A DNA stretch of 64,000 nt, taken from the NCBI GenBank assembly GCA_963801605.1, contig CAWDFP010000006.1, positions 1,024,001 to 1,088,000 of the forward strand. Reading direction: 5' to 3'. The DNA comes from an uncultured candidate division Zixibacteria bacterium (lineage in GTDB: Bacteria > Zixibacteria > MSB-5A5 > UBA10806). The position numbers and the translations under genes were made by a program. Shown piece after piece: positions 62,651 to 64,000 of the stretch (position 1 is its first letter; every line of letters begins with the position of its first letter). A model generated the notes under the pieces. That model was given only the letters and a program-made list of their open reading frames with translations. It did no database searches and was not told the origin of the DNA.

Positions 62651-63685
62651 TCATGCAGCACCTGCGGTTTCGATCATTATTTTCGATGCTTTTTCAATAT
62701 CGTTGTCGTCTATATCGAGATGCGCCACTACTCGTATTTTCCCGGCGCCAAACGGCACTGCCAATACGCCTTTTTCAGCCAGTTTCGAACAGAATTTGCC
62801 GACTTCAAGTGGCGGTTTCAGGGTAATAACAAGAATATTGGTTTGAACTGATTCAAGATTTATATTGAAAAGCTCACATTTCGATAAATTCGTTGCCAGT
62901 GTCTTTGCCCGACGATGATCTTCGGTAATCCTTTCCAGGTTGTGTTCCAGGGCATAAAGGGCTCCGGCGGCAATTATTCCCACCTGTCTCATACCGCCTC
63001 CAAACATCTTTCTCACCCGGCGAGCTTTGGCAATTCTCTCCTTGGTAGATACTACTGCCGACCCGATTGGCGCCCCAAGTCCTTTGGAAAAACAAACCGA
63101 GACGCAATCGAAATGGCCCGCGATTTCTGACGGTTTTACCGAGTGATAGGCAGCGGCGTTCCAGAGTCTGGCGCCATCAAGATATAAGAGAAGCTTGTTG
63201 TTTTTGGCGAGCGTTTTGATTTTCCCAATAAGCTCCATTGGATAAACCGTGCCGCTGGCGCGGTTATGAGTATTTTCAAGAGCAATTGCGGCTGTTACCG
63301 GAGTATGGATATTGGCCGAACGAATATAAGGCTCAAGTAACTCCGGAGTCAGGATACCGTTTTTGGCCAAAATTGGTTGAAGCTGTATCCCGGAGAGAGC
63401 AGCTGCTCCGGCGACCTCATTATTGAATATATGGGAAAAGCTTTCACATAGAATCTCATCTCCGGGCTGGGTTAATACCCGAAGCGAGATTTGATTGGCC
63501 ATAGTCCCCGATGGAACGTACAGGGCCGCCTCATGGCCAAGGAGTTCAGCAGTCTTAGCCTCAAGTTTTTTGACAGTTGGGTCGTCTTCGAATACGTCAT
63601 CTCCCACCTCGGCCTCGGCCATTGCCTGGCGCATTTGCAGCGATGGTTTGGTGACTGTATCCGATCTCAAATCGATTATTTTCAT
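62651..63685 (-). CDS. ltaE: Low-specificity L-threonine aldolase
   Basis: 'IDLRSDTVT', 'SGTMAN', 'LENTHN', 'DGAR', 'CFSKGLGAP', 'GGGMRQ'. Confidence 0.93.
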   Translation of the reverse strand: MKIIDLRSDTVTKPSLQMRQAMAEAEVGDDVFEDDPTVKKLEAKTAELLGHEAALYVPSGTMANQISLRVLTQPGDEILCESFSHIFNNEVAGAAALSGIQLQPILAKNGILTPELLEPYIRSANIHTPVTAAIALENTHNRASGTVYPMELIGKIKTLAKNNKLLLYLDGARLWNAAAYHSVKPSEIAGHFDCVSVCFSKGLGAPIGSAVVSTKERIAKARRVRKMFGGGMRQVGIIAAGALYALEHNLERITEDHRRAKTLATNLSKCELFNINLESVQTNILVITLKPPLEVGKFCSKLAEKGVLAVPFGAGKIRVVAHLDIDDNDIEKASKIMIETAGAA

Positions 63686-63743
63686 ATTTTCCTCGCGAAG
63701 CGCCATGCAGGCATTCGATTATTTCCTTATTTAGACAAAATAA

Positions 63744-63773
63744 TCAGGGGCTCAAATACTAACGAGCCCCTGA
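63744..63773. terminator. Hairpin downstream of the cold-shock gene
   Basis: tcaggggctc..gagcccctga, 10-bp stem. Confidence 0.65.
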
Positions 63774-63858
63774 AAAATTTTGCTATTAAAATCGCTGATA
63801 TACTTTCATCACAGCCTATTTTATAAGCTAATGCAACGGCTCAGGCCGTCAGAAAAGA

Positions 63859-63999
63859 TTAGTCTACTAATACGACATTGGTAGCTTGAAGCCCCTGCGG
63901 GCTTTCTGCCACCTCAAATTCGACTTTTTCTCCCACTTTCAAAGTCTTGTAACCGTTTTTCCGGATTTCGGAGTGATGAACATAAAGGTCCTCCGAATT
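63859..63999 (-). CDS. Cold-shock protein, 5'-truncated by the window edge (not in the ORF track)
   Basis: Minus strand reads 'EDLYVHHSEIRKNGYKTLKVGEKVEFEVAESPQGLQATNVVLVD*'. Confidence 0.92.
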   Translation of the reverse strand, partial: NSEDLYVHHSEIRKNGYKTLKVGEKVEFEVAESPQGLQATNVVLVD

Positions 64000-64000
64000 C

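Overview
Gene-dense core-chromosome segment of a diderm bacterium. Three secreted proteins with 'YPNPFN' FlgD/T9SS-like C-termini, plus SpoVG and DUF721, suggest an FCB-related lineage such as Zixibacteria (inference only). The sequence carries many single-base indels, including in gyrB, lexA, lon, pilB and pilT, which I treat as assembly errors. Order: lipid A acyltransferase; comEC; a polarity module (DUF4388 protein, small TM protein, TPR-roadblock, two roadblocks, MglA, MglB) running directly into pilB-pilT-pilC and a PilS-like kinase; a lexA-small gene-dinB SOS cassette; aminotransferase-dapF-argS-aroA-like operon; ppiD-like gene; tandem secreted beta-propeller paralogues; gyrA; spoVG/ispE; wzi and gmd-rmd sugar genes; dciA-gyrB; an AT-rich trypsin-like protease gene between 48-bp direct repeats, followed by a dense mosaic of REP-like hairpins; ychF; lon; a transglutaminase-ABC module; ltaE; and a cold-shock protein. 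Best candidates for novelty: (1) an MglA/multi-roadblock GTPase system encoded together with the type IV pilus motor and ComEC, where MglA has a ~200-aa disordered tail ending in a likely membrane-targeting helix; (2) an AroA homologue that has lost its PEP-site residues; (3) the repeat-flanked protease cassette and covarying REP families; (4) a 213-bp nested-palindrome element. No rRNA, tRNA, CRISPR array or transposase was found.
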